DNA of 64,000 nucleotides from an uncultured Candidatus Binatia bacterium (GTDB lineage Bacteria; Desulfobacterota; Binatia; UBA9968; JAJDTQ01): NCBI GenBank assembly GCA_964291295.2, contig OZ219754.1, positions 2,144,001 to 2,208,000 of the forward strand, read 5' to 3'. Shown piece by piece: positions 18,718 to 26,982 of this stretch (position 1 is its first letter; each line of letters starts with the position of its first letter). The notes under the pieces were generated by a model. It saw only the letters and a program-made list of their open reading frames with translations, ran no database searches and was not told where the DNA came from. The position numbers and the translations under genes were made by a program.

Positions 18718-20505
18718 CTACCTGCGGCCGCCGAAGGAGCCGCGCAACTCGCCGTTCTTCTTGTCCTTGGACGTGATGTCGAACACGCCGCCCACCTCTT
18801 CGGCGTCCGGCCCGAAGAAATGGCCGCTGTACTCCCTCACCTCGTACAGGCTGCCGTCCACGCTCGTGGCCAGCTTCAATGCAGTACGATGGCGGGCCTG
18901 ATAGCCAGCCAGAAATCCCGGTGTATCGTAGCCGGCGCCTTCGGCGTTGACATTGGTCACTTTGCTGCCCGAGAACCCGTTCCCGTCGATGGTGCCGTGG
19001 AATGTGGCGATAATCCCGTCATATCCGCCTTGCAACAAGAAGTGCGCGCGATAAATATCGGTCTTGATGGTGCTTTTCCCGAAATCCACCGTTGTGGTTG
19101 AGGTTCCGTCAAGACCGGAGATACCTCCTTCGCCTTGAGCGTGCTGTGCGCGGTGTTGCCAAATTGCATTACCCCTGTAGGTGGCACTGCCGAAGCCTGG
19201 CATGTTGGCCGCCGGGGTCATGCCCTCGCCATCGGGCAGCACCGTGACGAATGAGATGCCAAGGTTGGTCCTGCCTGACTTCTGCGTGTGCCACATCCCG
19301 TAGTTCATGTGCTCATAGGGCCTCGCCTCCGGGAAATCCGGCACATCGTAGACGAAAATCTGCCGGTAGGTGAAGTTGTCGGTCCCGCTCGTTCCGGTGC
19401 GCAGAAGATAGATGTCCTTGCTGCCGTTGTTGTAGTAGTAGACGCCCACGCCCGCATTCGCGTCCTTGGTGCCCCCATTGATCCAGTCCCAGGCATTCGT
19501 CTTGTCCAGTTTCTTCGACTCCGGGGTATCAAGAATATGGAACTCCCCCTCCGCCCGCATGACCTTGTAGGTCTTTTCCCCTACCGTGACCGAACCGAAC
19601 GGGTTCTCGACCGTGATCGGGGCGGTCACGTTGATGGGCTGATCGCTGGCGTCCTTCGCCCTGCGGTAGGCCTTCACCCCCTTGGTGTTGCGGACATACT
19701 TGTCCATCAGCCAGAAACGGGACTTCTCCGAGTCGTTGTAGGAACCGACGGGGATGGTCCGTGCATGGATTCCCGTCCGGGAAACCACCTCCGGCTTGTT
19801 TGCCGTTGCCGCCACGTATTGGACGGGTTCCTTTCGGTAATTCCGTGATTTCTCGTCGATGTTGCCGCGCTTGCCGGTCTCGATGGTCTTGCCCCCGGTC
19901 GTGAGCTTGGCATAGGGTGCACCCGCCGTGATGGTCGTGTCGCCGTACCTGTAGGTCATGCCCTCGACACGCCGAACCTCCTTGGCCGCGGCCTCCTTCG
20001 CCATCTTCGCCTTTTCCGCGGCCATCGCCGCCTGAGCCTCGGCCTTCGCCTGCGCCGCCTCGGCTGCGACTTCGGCCTGGGCCGCCACACGCAAGTCGCT
20101 CGTGGCCGCAGCCTTGTCCGACTCCATCTTGGCCTTGTCGTACTCCGCCTTCGCCATGTCCGCCGCCGTCCGGGCCGCATCCGCGTAGCTCTTCGCCGTC
20201 ATCTCCCCCTTGGGAGTGAAAACGGGCACGACACCCAGGATCGCCGCTTCCGCCTCATCCGCCGACGTCCCCGCGTTGTCCGACGCCGTCTTGGCCTTGC
20301 CCGACGCCGCCATCGCCGCCGTCCGGGCCTCCTTGATCGCCGTCTCCACTGCCGTCGGCCCCGCCGGCGGCGGATCCGGGGTCGTCGCCGGGGTCCGGTT
20401 GTTGTTGCTGCTGCCTCCGCATGCCGCCAGCCCGAAGGCCAACACCACCGCGCAGAAGACCGCCGCCAGGTTCCTGTGCATCATCCCGTGCATCATTCCG
20501 TACAT
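18718..20505 (-). CDS. Surface lipoprotein with an Ala/Lys-rich helical stalk and a C-terminal TbpB-like beta-barrel (Slam cargo)
   Basis: GAGGAG RBS before ATG 20505; lipobox LAAC-GGSS; C-terminal GSATYRG, GTIDGNGFSG, SGHFFGPDAEEVGGVF, GSFGGRR. Confidence 0.85.
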   Translation of the reverse strand: MYGMMHGMMHRNLAAVFCAVVLAFGLAACGGSSNNNRTPATTPDPPPAGPTAVETAIKEARTAAMAASGKAKTASDNAGTSADEAEAAILGVVPVFTPKGEMTAKSYADAARTAADMAKAEYDKAKMESDKAAATSDLRVAAQAEVAAEAAQAKAEAQAAMAAEKAKMAKEAAAKEVRRVEGMTYRYGDTTITAGAPYAKLTTGGKTIETGKRGNIDEKSRNYRKEPVQYVAATANKPEVVSRTGIHARTIPVGSYNDSEKSRFWLMDKYVRNTKGVKAYRRAKDASDQPINVTAPITVENPFGSVTVGEKTYKVMRAEGEFHILDTPESKKLDKTNAWDWINGGTKDANAGVGVYYYNNGSKDIYLLRTGTSGTDNFTYRQIFVYDVPDFPEARPYEHMNYGMWHTQKSGRTNLGISFVTVLPDGEGMTPAANMPGFGSATYRGNAIWQHRAQHAQGEGGISGLDGTSTTTVDFGKSTIKTDIYRAHFLLQGGYDGIIATFHGTIDGNGFSGSKVTNVNAEGAGYDTPGFLAGYQARHRTALKLATSVDGSLYEVREYSGHFFGPDAEEVGGVFDITSKDKKNGELRGSFGGRR

Positions 20506-20766
20506 CAATATTCTCCTCGTCCTTTTCGTTCTTCCCACTTCCTCATGGATAAACAGGCTGAATTCCTTCGCAATCGCGCGCCTCACCCCATGAAGTCCAA
20601 GGAACGTCCGAAAAAGGCCATGGCGCGACATTGAGCTACTCGCAACCTGTGGGTTGTATTGATTCAGCCCCAGCAAATCCGGGGTCGTTCGGACCTTCCC
20701 CAAGTCGGATTCGGCCAGCGCCGCTACGTCTACCCCCTCGTGATCCTGTCACGGACACAGACCTTA

Positions 20767-20783
20767 CCCCCCCCCCCCCCCCC
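20767..20783. repeat. C17 homopolymer
   Basis: 17 consecutive C read directly from the sequence. Confidence 0.9.
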
Positions 20784-20795
20784 ACTGTCAAGCAG

Positions 20796-21561
20796 CAGCC
20801 TTGTCCAACGCAAATGAGCCTGAAAGCGTGAAGTCACTCCAACGCAATGTGAGCCTGAAGCAGCGGTGCCGGAGATCGTCAGGAGACGATCGTGTCACCT
20901 CGAACGGTACCCTTGGGTTCTATCCAGCAGATTCCGACCGGCGTCGAGGCGCGCAACCCTGTAGACTTTCTCCCGACCGACCGTGCCCACACCTCCCAGT
21001 TCCTCATGCCGACCTCGGTGCGACTCGGCTACAGTCGATTGGACAAACCCTCCAATACGCGGGTGCAACGCTTTCTGAAAAAAACACCCCTACTCTCGGG
21101 CTCGCCGATGATTCGCCCCTTCCGCAAAACCGCCCGGGCCGTGGACCGACGCCAGGGCAACCCCCCTTCGCCCACCTCTACGCGCCGGCGGACATGCGCC
21201 TACTGGCGCGAGTGGACGAAAACCTCGGCCAGTTGTCAGACTTGACGACACCGGTGGTGCTGCACCGCAAATTCCATCTCTTCGGGGATCCGCGCTTCAG
21301 CGGCGGGCGGCGACGTCGGCGAACCACCTCCACTGCCTCCCGCATCTGCCGGAGGCAACCCACGGTCGTCATCGGCACCCGTGCGGGCCGGGGCCGTGGG
21401 CGAACGGCGCGCCCCGCAGCCCAACCGCCGCTGCGCGGGGACACCTCCACCAGAGCGACCGCGACCGTGCCAAGCGCGCCTACCTCATCAACCTCGTGGA
21501 CCAACCCCTCAACCCTCCCGCCGCCCCCTGCATAGCCTCATCTTCTTGTTGGATTATGCTG
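20796..21561 (+). mobile_element. Decayed IS, copy 2 (same family and orientation as 16863..17761)
   Basis: Colinear similarity to copy 1 (GTGAGCCTGAAGCAG, TTCCATCTCTTCGGGGATCCGCGCTTC, CTCATCAACCTCGTGGA, CTCATCTTCTTGTTGGA). The left end motif is present twice. Confidence 0.82.
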
Positions 21562-21717
21562 GGTGAAGACCGGCCCGGGGACGGGGGCGGACGCTTTCGG
21601 GCATCGCCGCCGAGGGCCCATTCTGGCAACTCGCCGGGGCTTGTGCTATGACCCCTGCGTCACCCGCACTCCTCGAAACAGTTCCGTTGAGACAATTCCG
21701 TTGAAAGGATCCGTTGA

Positions 21718-23292
21718 ATGGACCGCGACCCCACGGCACTGCCGCTCGTCTGTCATGAAGGCCACGAAGAACACGCGGCACCGCTGCCCGATGAAGATCA
21801 CGCCATGTGGCGGTCCGAGCGCATCGCGCTGACCTCCGTCGGCATCGACATCGGCTCCTCCACGTCCCACCTGATCTTCTCCCGGCTGGTCCTTCGCCGG
21901 CAGGGCCTCTCGCTGTCGAGCCGTTTCGTGGTGGTGAGCCGGGAGATCGTCTACGAGTCGCCGATCCTGCTGACGCCTTACGTCGACAGGCGGACCATCG
22001 ACACGAGCAAGCTGAACGCGTTCATTCACGGCGCCTACGCCAGCGCCGGCCTCAGCCGGCGGGATGTCGACACGGGTGCCCTGATCGTGACCGGTGAGGC
22101 GGCCAAGAAGAAGAACGCCGAGGCCATCGCGGCCCTGTTCGCCGAGGAGGCGGGCAAGTTCGTGTGCGCCACCGCCGGCCACAATCTCGAGGCGATCCTC
22201 GCCGCCTACGGCTCGGGCGCGGTGGCGGCCTCGATGGGTGACGACGGCGTCGCGTGCATGAACGTGGACGTGGGCGGCGGCACCAGCAAGATCGCCATCA
22301 CCCGGGGCGGACAGGTGGTGGACACGGCGGCCCTGGAGGTGGGCGCCCGGCTGGTGGCCCTGGACGAGGACCGGGCGATCAACCGGCTTGAGGACGCGGG
22401 GGTGCGCATCGGCGAAGCGAGCGGCCTGTCGCTGGCCCTCGGCCAGGTGCTCGGGGAGGCCGACAAGGAACGCATGGCGGCCACGCTGACCGGGTGTCTG
22501 CTGGAGGTGCTCGGGCGCGGGCTGCTGTCGCCGTTGACCCGGGAACTGATGCTCACTCCGGCGCTTTCCTGCCGGGACCCGATTGATTCCATCCAGTTCT
22601 CCGGCGGAGTCTCGGAGTATGTCTACGGCCATGAGACCGCGGACAAGGGCGATCTCGGCAACCATGTCGGCCGCCGGATCCGCGCTGGCGCCGTGGAACT
22701 GGCCACGCGTGAATCATGGGAGTTCAAGGAGCCCGCGGTGCGCATCCGCGCCACGGTCATCGGCGCTTCCCAGTACACCGTGCAGGTGAGCGGCAACACG
22801 ATCTTCCTTTCAGACGAGTCCATGCTGCCGCTGCGGAATCTGCAAGTGGTCACGCCGCACTTCCGCCAGACCGAGCCGCTGACCACGGAGGACGTTCGCC
22901 GTTCCATCGAGAGCGCGCTGCAGCGATTCGACATGACCGAGGGCGACCGTGGCGCGGCGCTGGCGCTTCACTGGGATCTGGGACCTTCCTATCCCCTCAT
23001 CCGCACCCTGGCCGCCGGCGTGGTGGAGGGGATGAAGGAGTATCTTCGCCAGGGACACAAGCTCGTGCTCGTGTTCGATGCCGACATCGCCAGGCTGGTG
23101 GGCCACATCATCGACAAGGAGATCCTTCCGGGCTGCGGTGTCATTTCAATCGACGGCATCGACCTCAAGGACTTCGATTTCATCGACATCGGCGAGGAAT
23201 TGCCGGACGCCCAGGCCGTGCCGGTGGTGATCAAGTCGCTGATCTTCCGTCACGAGGAGTGGGGCCGGGGGCGTCTGTTGGCCAACGACTGA
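21718..23292 (+). CDS. eutA: EutA-family reactivating factor
   Basis: SVGIDIGSSTSH, GALIVTGEAAKKKNA, VCATAGHNLE, NVDVGGGTSK, IRATVIGASQYT, VPVVIKSLIF. Confidence 0.85.
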   Translation: MDRDPTALPLVCHEGHEEHAAPLPDEDHAMWRSERIALTSVGIDIGSSTSHLIFSRLVLRRQGLSLSSRFVVVSREIVYESPILLTPYVDRRTIDTSKLNAFIHGAYASAGLSRRDVDTGALIVTGEAAKKKNAEAIAALFAEEAGKFVCATAGHNLEAILAAYGSGAVAASMGDDGVACMNVDVGGGTSKIAITRGGQVVDTAALEVGARLVALDEDRAINRLEDAGVRIGEASGLSLALGQVLGEADKERMAATLTGCLLEVLGRGLLSPLTRELMLTPALSCRDPIDSIQFSGGVSEYVYGHETADKGDLGNHVGRRIRAGAVELATRESWEFKEPAVRIRATVIGASQYTVQVSGNTIFLSDESMLPLRNLQVVTPHFRQTEPLTTEDVRRSIESALQRFDMTEGDRGAALALHWDLGPSYPLIRTLAAGVVEGMKEYLRQGHKLVLVFDADIARLVGHIIDKEILPGCGVISIDGIDLKDFDFIDIGEELPDAQAVPVVIKSLIFRHEEWGRGRLLAND

Positions 23293-24278
23293 CGGCGGAC
23301 CGCCCCGGGTCGCCCGATACGGCGACCTTTCATTCTCTCCTTCAGCCGCACCGGATGCTCCGGGTGAAGCGTCCGGAAGCCGGCCACCGACAGCCATACC
23401 CGCAGGAGATGACGCCCGGATCCCGCGTCGGCGAATCGGGTGCGCGTGTGCAGGACCACGTGGTTGTTGAAATACTCGATGTCGCCGGGTTGGAGTTCCA
23501 CTGCCGCCGCTGCCGTGTTCGCCACGCTGTTGAAGACTTCCAGTGCGTGTCTCTGCGCTTCGGTCAACTCGGGAACCCCGGCCTGCTTCTGGGCCCGCTT
23601 GATGTGAACCGGAAAGGCGCAGGCGTTGAACACGCCGTCCTGGAAGCCCAGGAAGGGCAGCTGGCTCCATCGGTGGCCGTGGTCCGGGTGCGGATGCTGC
23701 AACGCCACGTGAAATGGCCGGGTCAGGACGTCCAGCACGTCGGGGTGTTGCTTTGCCAGGATGTTGTAGACGGTGGCGGCACTGACGAACCGGCGCGTGC
23801 CGCCCGTGCGGGCGGGGTTCATGCACAGGAAGCCGATGACATCTTCCGGATCGGCGTGAAAGGGGAGCTCGCCGGCTGCGCGAAACCCGACGCGGTCGCG
23901 ATTCTCGGGTTCGGCCCGTACGTGCGCCAGATGGACCCCTCCCGGCTGCTCCACGACGTCGCCGATGTGCCGGCTCAGGGTCGAGAAGGCATGGGCCACC
24001 TCCGACTCGTTCAGGCCGGTCAGCGGCAGACCCCGGAGAATGCGAAAGCCGACGCCCGATTTGAGTTCCCGTGCGGTCGCCGCCATCCGTGAAGTCAGCA
24101 GCGGCCGGTCGAGGCGCTTGCCGCGCCCGTCGTCGGACCTCTCCCGTGCCAACGCCGCCAGCTCCTCCAGTTCGCCGGCGGTGAAATGATGGCACCCGTT
24201 TCCGGACTTCTCGACATCATCCGGACTCCAGGCCGCCGGGTCCACCGCCGGTGCCGATTCCTTTGTTCCGTCATCCAT
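23250..24278 (-). CDS. TauD/TfdA (clavaminate synthase-like) Fe(II)/2-oxoglutarate dioxygenase
   Basis: GFRILRGLP, LPFHAD (HxD), LQPGDIEYFNNHVVLHTR, RHLLRVWL; AAAGGAG RBS before ATG 24278. Confidence 0.88.
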   Translation of the reverse strand: MDDGTKESAPAVDPAAWSPDDVEKSGNGCHHFTAGELEELAALARERSDDGRGKRLDRPLLTSRMAATARELKSGVGFRILRGLPLTGLNESEVAHAFSTLSRHIGDVVEQPGGVHLAHVRAEPENRDRVGFRAAGELPFHADPEDVIGFLCMNPARTGGTRRFVSAATVYNILAKQHPDVLDVLTRPFHVALQHPHPDHGHRWSQLPFLGFQDGVFNACAFPVHIKRAQKQAGVPELTEAQRHALEVFNSVANTAAAAVELQPGDIEYFNNHVVLHTRTRFADAGSGRHLLRVWLSVAGFRTLHPEHPVRLKERMKGRRIGRPGAVRRQSLANRRPRPHSS

Positions 24279-24301
24279 GGCTGTTGCTCCTTTGGGGGGC
24301 G

Positions 24302-25639
24302 TCACTTCTCCCGGAAGGCGTCCTGCCGGTAGCCCCGAAGAGGTTGGAGAAGGTATTCGATGACCCGTTGCGTGCCGAGGATCAGCGCGGCTTCCGCTGC
24401 CATTCCGGGCAACAGCTCGACTCTCCGCCCCTCGATCTCCATATAGTTCTGGTCCAGTTCGATGATCGCCTTGAACACGGGACCGGCCGCTGTGGGCTGC
24501 GATGTGGTTGCCGATGCGTTGCCGGCCGCGGGGTTTTCGGGAACGGGTGTGCCGGCATGCGTGCCCGCGTTCACCGCGTCCTTGCCGATGTGCTTCACGG
24601 TTCCGTCCACGCCGCCGTAACGGCGGAAGTCGAAGGTGGTCACCCTGAGGGTGACCCGCTGGCCGGGCTTCACGAATCCGATGTCGGTATTGGCGACGAA
24701 CGCTTCGACCTGAATACCGGTATTGCGCGGCACGATGACCATGAGCCGGGCGCCGGGCTCCACCATGCCGTTCTCCGTGTGCACGGCGAGGTCCTGGACC
24801 ACGCCGTCGACCGGGGACAACAGGGTATGCCGGGCGCGGAATTCCCGCGCCTGACGGAGATCTTCCCGCAACACGATCATCCGCTCCCGGACCCTTGCCA
24901 GAGCCGACCGAAGTTCACGGTAGAACTCGGCGGTCGCCCGTTCCTTCTGTGCGCGGACCGCCGTCAGGGAGGCCTGGACCTCGGCCAACTCCCGGCGGCG
25001 GAGCGTGATGCCGCCCTCCAGCTCCACCAGCCGTTCCTGCTCCTGGAACAGGGCGAGGCGGGAGGCGTGATCCCGGCGGTAGAGAGTCTCGTGCATGGCG
25101 GTCCGCTCACGCAGGATGGGCAACAGCCTTCCCTGCTTGATGAGCGCGCCTTTGATGGTGTGGAGCCGCGCGCGCCGTTCCGCCAGGATGCCGTCCAGTT
25201 CGTGAAGGTGGGCCCGGTGTGCCGCCACCTGATCCGCCAGGAGCGCTTCGTTGATCGCGACGATCTCCGGCGGAGCGTCGGGGGGTGGATGGAAGGGCCG
25301 GTCCTGGTGCCAGGCCAGCGCGGCTTCGAGACGCGCCGCCTCGACGGACTTGATGCGGAGTTCGGCCGTGAGCTTGGAAATCTCGGCATCCACCAGGGTC
25401 GTGTCGAATTCGATCAGGACCTCGTTCCGCCTTGCGACGCTCCCTTCCTCAACGGCGATGCGCTTGATCTTCCCCTGCTCGAAGGAGCGGATCACCTTGA
25501 CCTGCCCGGTGGGAATGATGCGGCCCGGGGCCATGGCGGACAGTTCGACCTCCGCCACGGACGCCCATGTCAGGGTGGCGATGAGAAAGACGCAAAGCGC
25601 CACGAGCAGGAGGATATCGACACGACGCGGCGTGGTCAT
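24302..25639 (-). CDS. HlyD-family type I secretion periplasmic adaptor
   Basis: N-terminal TM, APGRIIPTGQVKVIRSFEQG, coiled coil, SPVDGVVQDL, DIGFVKPGQ, LLPGM, VIEYLLQPL...AFRE. Confidence 0.93.
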   Translation of the reverse strand: MTTPRRVDILLLVALCVFLIATLTWASVAEVELSAMAPGRIIPTGQVKVIRSFEQGKIKRIAVEEGSVARRNEVLIEFDTTLVDAEISKLTAELRIKSVEAARLEAALAWHQDRPFHPPPDAPPEIVAINEALLADQVAAHRAHLHELDGILAERRARLHTIKGALIKQGRLLPILRERTAMHETLYRRDHASRLALFQEQERLVELEGGITLRRRELAEVQASLTAVRAQKERATAEFYRELRSALARVRERMIVLREDLRQAREFRARHTLLSPVDGVVQDLAVHTENGMVEPGARLMVIVPRNTGIQVEAFVANTDIGFVKPGQRVTLRVTTFDFRRYGGVDGTVKHIGKDAVNAGTHAGTPVPENPAAGNASATTSQPTAAGPVFKAIIELDQNYMEIEGRRVELLPGMAAEAALILGTQRVIEYLLQPLRGYRQDAFREK

Positions 25640-26082
25640 GCCGAATTCCCGGGATTCTCATGCCTCGTGCGGCGGGATCGCACGATCCTTTCGCCGGCCC
25701 ACAGGATCAGGCATGCCACCGCGACAAGGACCATGGCCGTCCGCCACCATGCCAGCAGTCCCCGGGGATCCCAGAGACCGAGCCACATGGCCGCTTCACC
25801 CGCGACGAGAGCGAACAGCATGACGGCCGGGGCGGCGTAGGGTCGCCGTATCTCATCCGTGGAGGCCACAACGCCGAACACGAGGATCGAGAACACCGCG
25901 GCGCCGACCACGGCACCGGAGGGAGAGTCGCCCCGGTACTTCATCAGCCACGCCGTCTGTCCCATCAGCCAGAACGCTCCGGCAACGATGCCATGGCAGA
26001 CGGCGCTCGACACCCTCAGGTACTTGCTGAAACGGTCGTCCCCTTCCCGGTCATGGAAGATGCCCATGAATTCGAATCGCAT
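25636..26082 (-). CDS. Small 4-TM hypothetical membrane protein (candidate immunity/accessory protein)
   Basis: AAAGGAG RBS; four hydrophobic segments; stop overlaps the HlyD start (ATGA). Confidence 0.72.
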   Translation of the reverse strand: MRFEFMGIFHDREGDDRFSKYLRVSSAVCHGIVAGAFWLMGQTAWLMKYRGDSPSGAVVGAAVFSILVFGVVASTDEIRRPYAAPAVMLFALVAGEAAMWLGLWDPRGLLAWWRTAMVLVAVACLILWAGERIVRSRRTRHENPGNSA

Positions 26083-26130
26083 CCGTGTCTCCTTTGAAAA
26101 CGTGCCGATGATACGGTGTCGAGCCGGTTG

Positions 26131-26160
26131 GCCGACGGGGCCTTGCGTGACCCCGTCGGC
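26131..26160. other. Perfect GC-rich stem-loop between the peptide gene and the membrane-protein gene
   Basis: GCCGACGGGG-N10-CCCCGTCGGC; a second hairpin CGCCGTC-GGGT-GACGGCG at about 26194-26211. Confidence 0.6.
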
Positions 26161-26289
26161 GTTCCATCCCGAACCCTGTTTCGGCCCGGCAACCGCCGTC
26201 GGGTGACGGCGACCGACCCTGCGGCGCGGCCATGGCCCGGGACATGCCCGTGACCACTTCCCGCGCGCCGAGGGCGCAATCGTGATGCG

Positions 26290-26691
26290 TCATGTCGGGC
26301 CGTTGCAGTTTGGACTCGTCAAGGCCGCCTCCGCCGCACCGGCGACCGCACCGACGACCGCGCCCACGACAACGCCGCCGCCGGTGACGGCGGCTCTGGC
26401 CGCGCCCACGGCGGCACCCACTGCCGCAGCATGGGTCACGTCGTCCACGCACGATTGCTCGTCCTCTTCCTCGGCATCAGCGAGGGCCTCCGGATTGGCC
26501 ACGGCACAGTCCGAACAGTCCGAGCATGTGCAGCTGCAACCGCAGCCACAGTCACCGCACCCGCATCCACAACCGCATCCACACCCGCATCCGCATCCGT
26601 GAATCTCCAGGTCGAGTTCGCCCTCCTGGGCACCGAGCCGCCAAGGGACGGCTGCCGCCGCTTCGTCGATGGCAATGTGATGCTGTTCCAT
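26290..26691 (-). CDS. 133-aa Cys-Gly-repeat / glycine-zipper peptide (putative secreted RiPP or bacteriocin precursor, or metal-binding peptide)
   Basis: AAGGAGG RBS before ATG 26691. Sequence runs leader-like ...GELDLEIHG, then CGCGCGCGCGCGCGDCGCGCSCTCSDCSDC, an acidic linker, and C-...AAAVGAAVGAARAAVTGGGVVVGAVVGAVAGAAEAAL...-C. Confidence 0.8.
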   Translation of the reverse strand: MEQHHIAIDEAAAAVPWRLGAQEGELDLEIHGCGCGCGCGCGCGCGDCGCGCSCTCSDCSDCAVANPEALADAEEEDEQSCVDDVTHAAAVGAAVGAARAAVTGGGVVVGAVVGAVAGAAEAALTSPNCNGPT

Positions 26692-26769
26692 TACGGTGTT
26701 TCCTCCTTCGTTGGTTGGTTGAGAGTCATTTCGTCGCCCACATACCATGAGTCGGCCTGATGGGCGCGA

Positions 26770-26799
26770 ACTTTAAACATGATTTCACTCAAAGGGCAA
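26770..26799 (-). promoter_or_regulatory. Possible sigma70 promoter for the peptide cluster
   Basis: Minus strand TTGCCC-N18-TAAAGT in a locally AT-rich patch about 80 bp upstream of the ATG. Confidence 0.3.
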
Positions 26800-26982
26800 A
26801 TTTGTCCGATGCCGGTCCAGGGCCGGCGGTCGCGGAATCGGTGGCCGTTGGCATCGCGAGAGCTTTGCGCCATAATATCGCCCGGTGGAGACCCGGAGCG
26901 TGACGTTCCGGCGGAGTGGTGTCCGGGCCGGAAGCCTTCATCCGACCCCCTTCACCTCGTGCCGGAACGAGAGGAAAGCTGA

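Noticed and set aside
26540-26600. CCGCAT-like hexamer repeats as a microsatellite or CRISPR
   Set aside because: Variation falls at synonymous positions of Gly-Cys codons, and there is no repeat-spacer structure or cas gene.
26282-26602. Plus-strand ORF with PTT and PHPQPHPHP repeats
   Set aside because: It is the antisense shadow of the Cys-Gly peptide. It has no RBS, whereas the minus-strand ORF has AAGGAGG and is co-oriented with the cluster.
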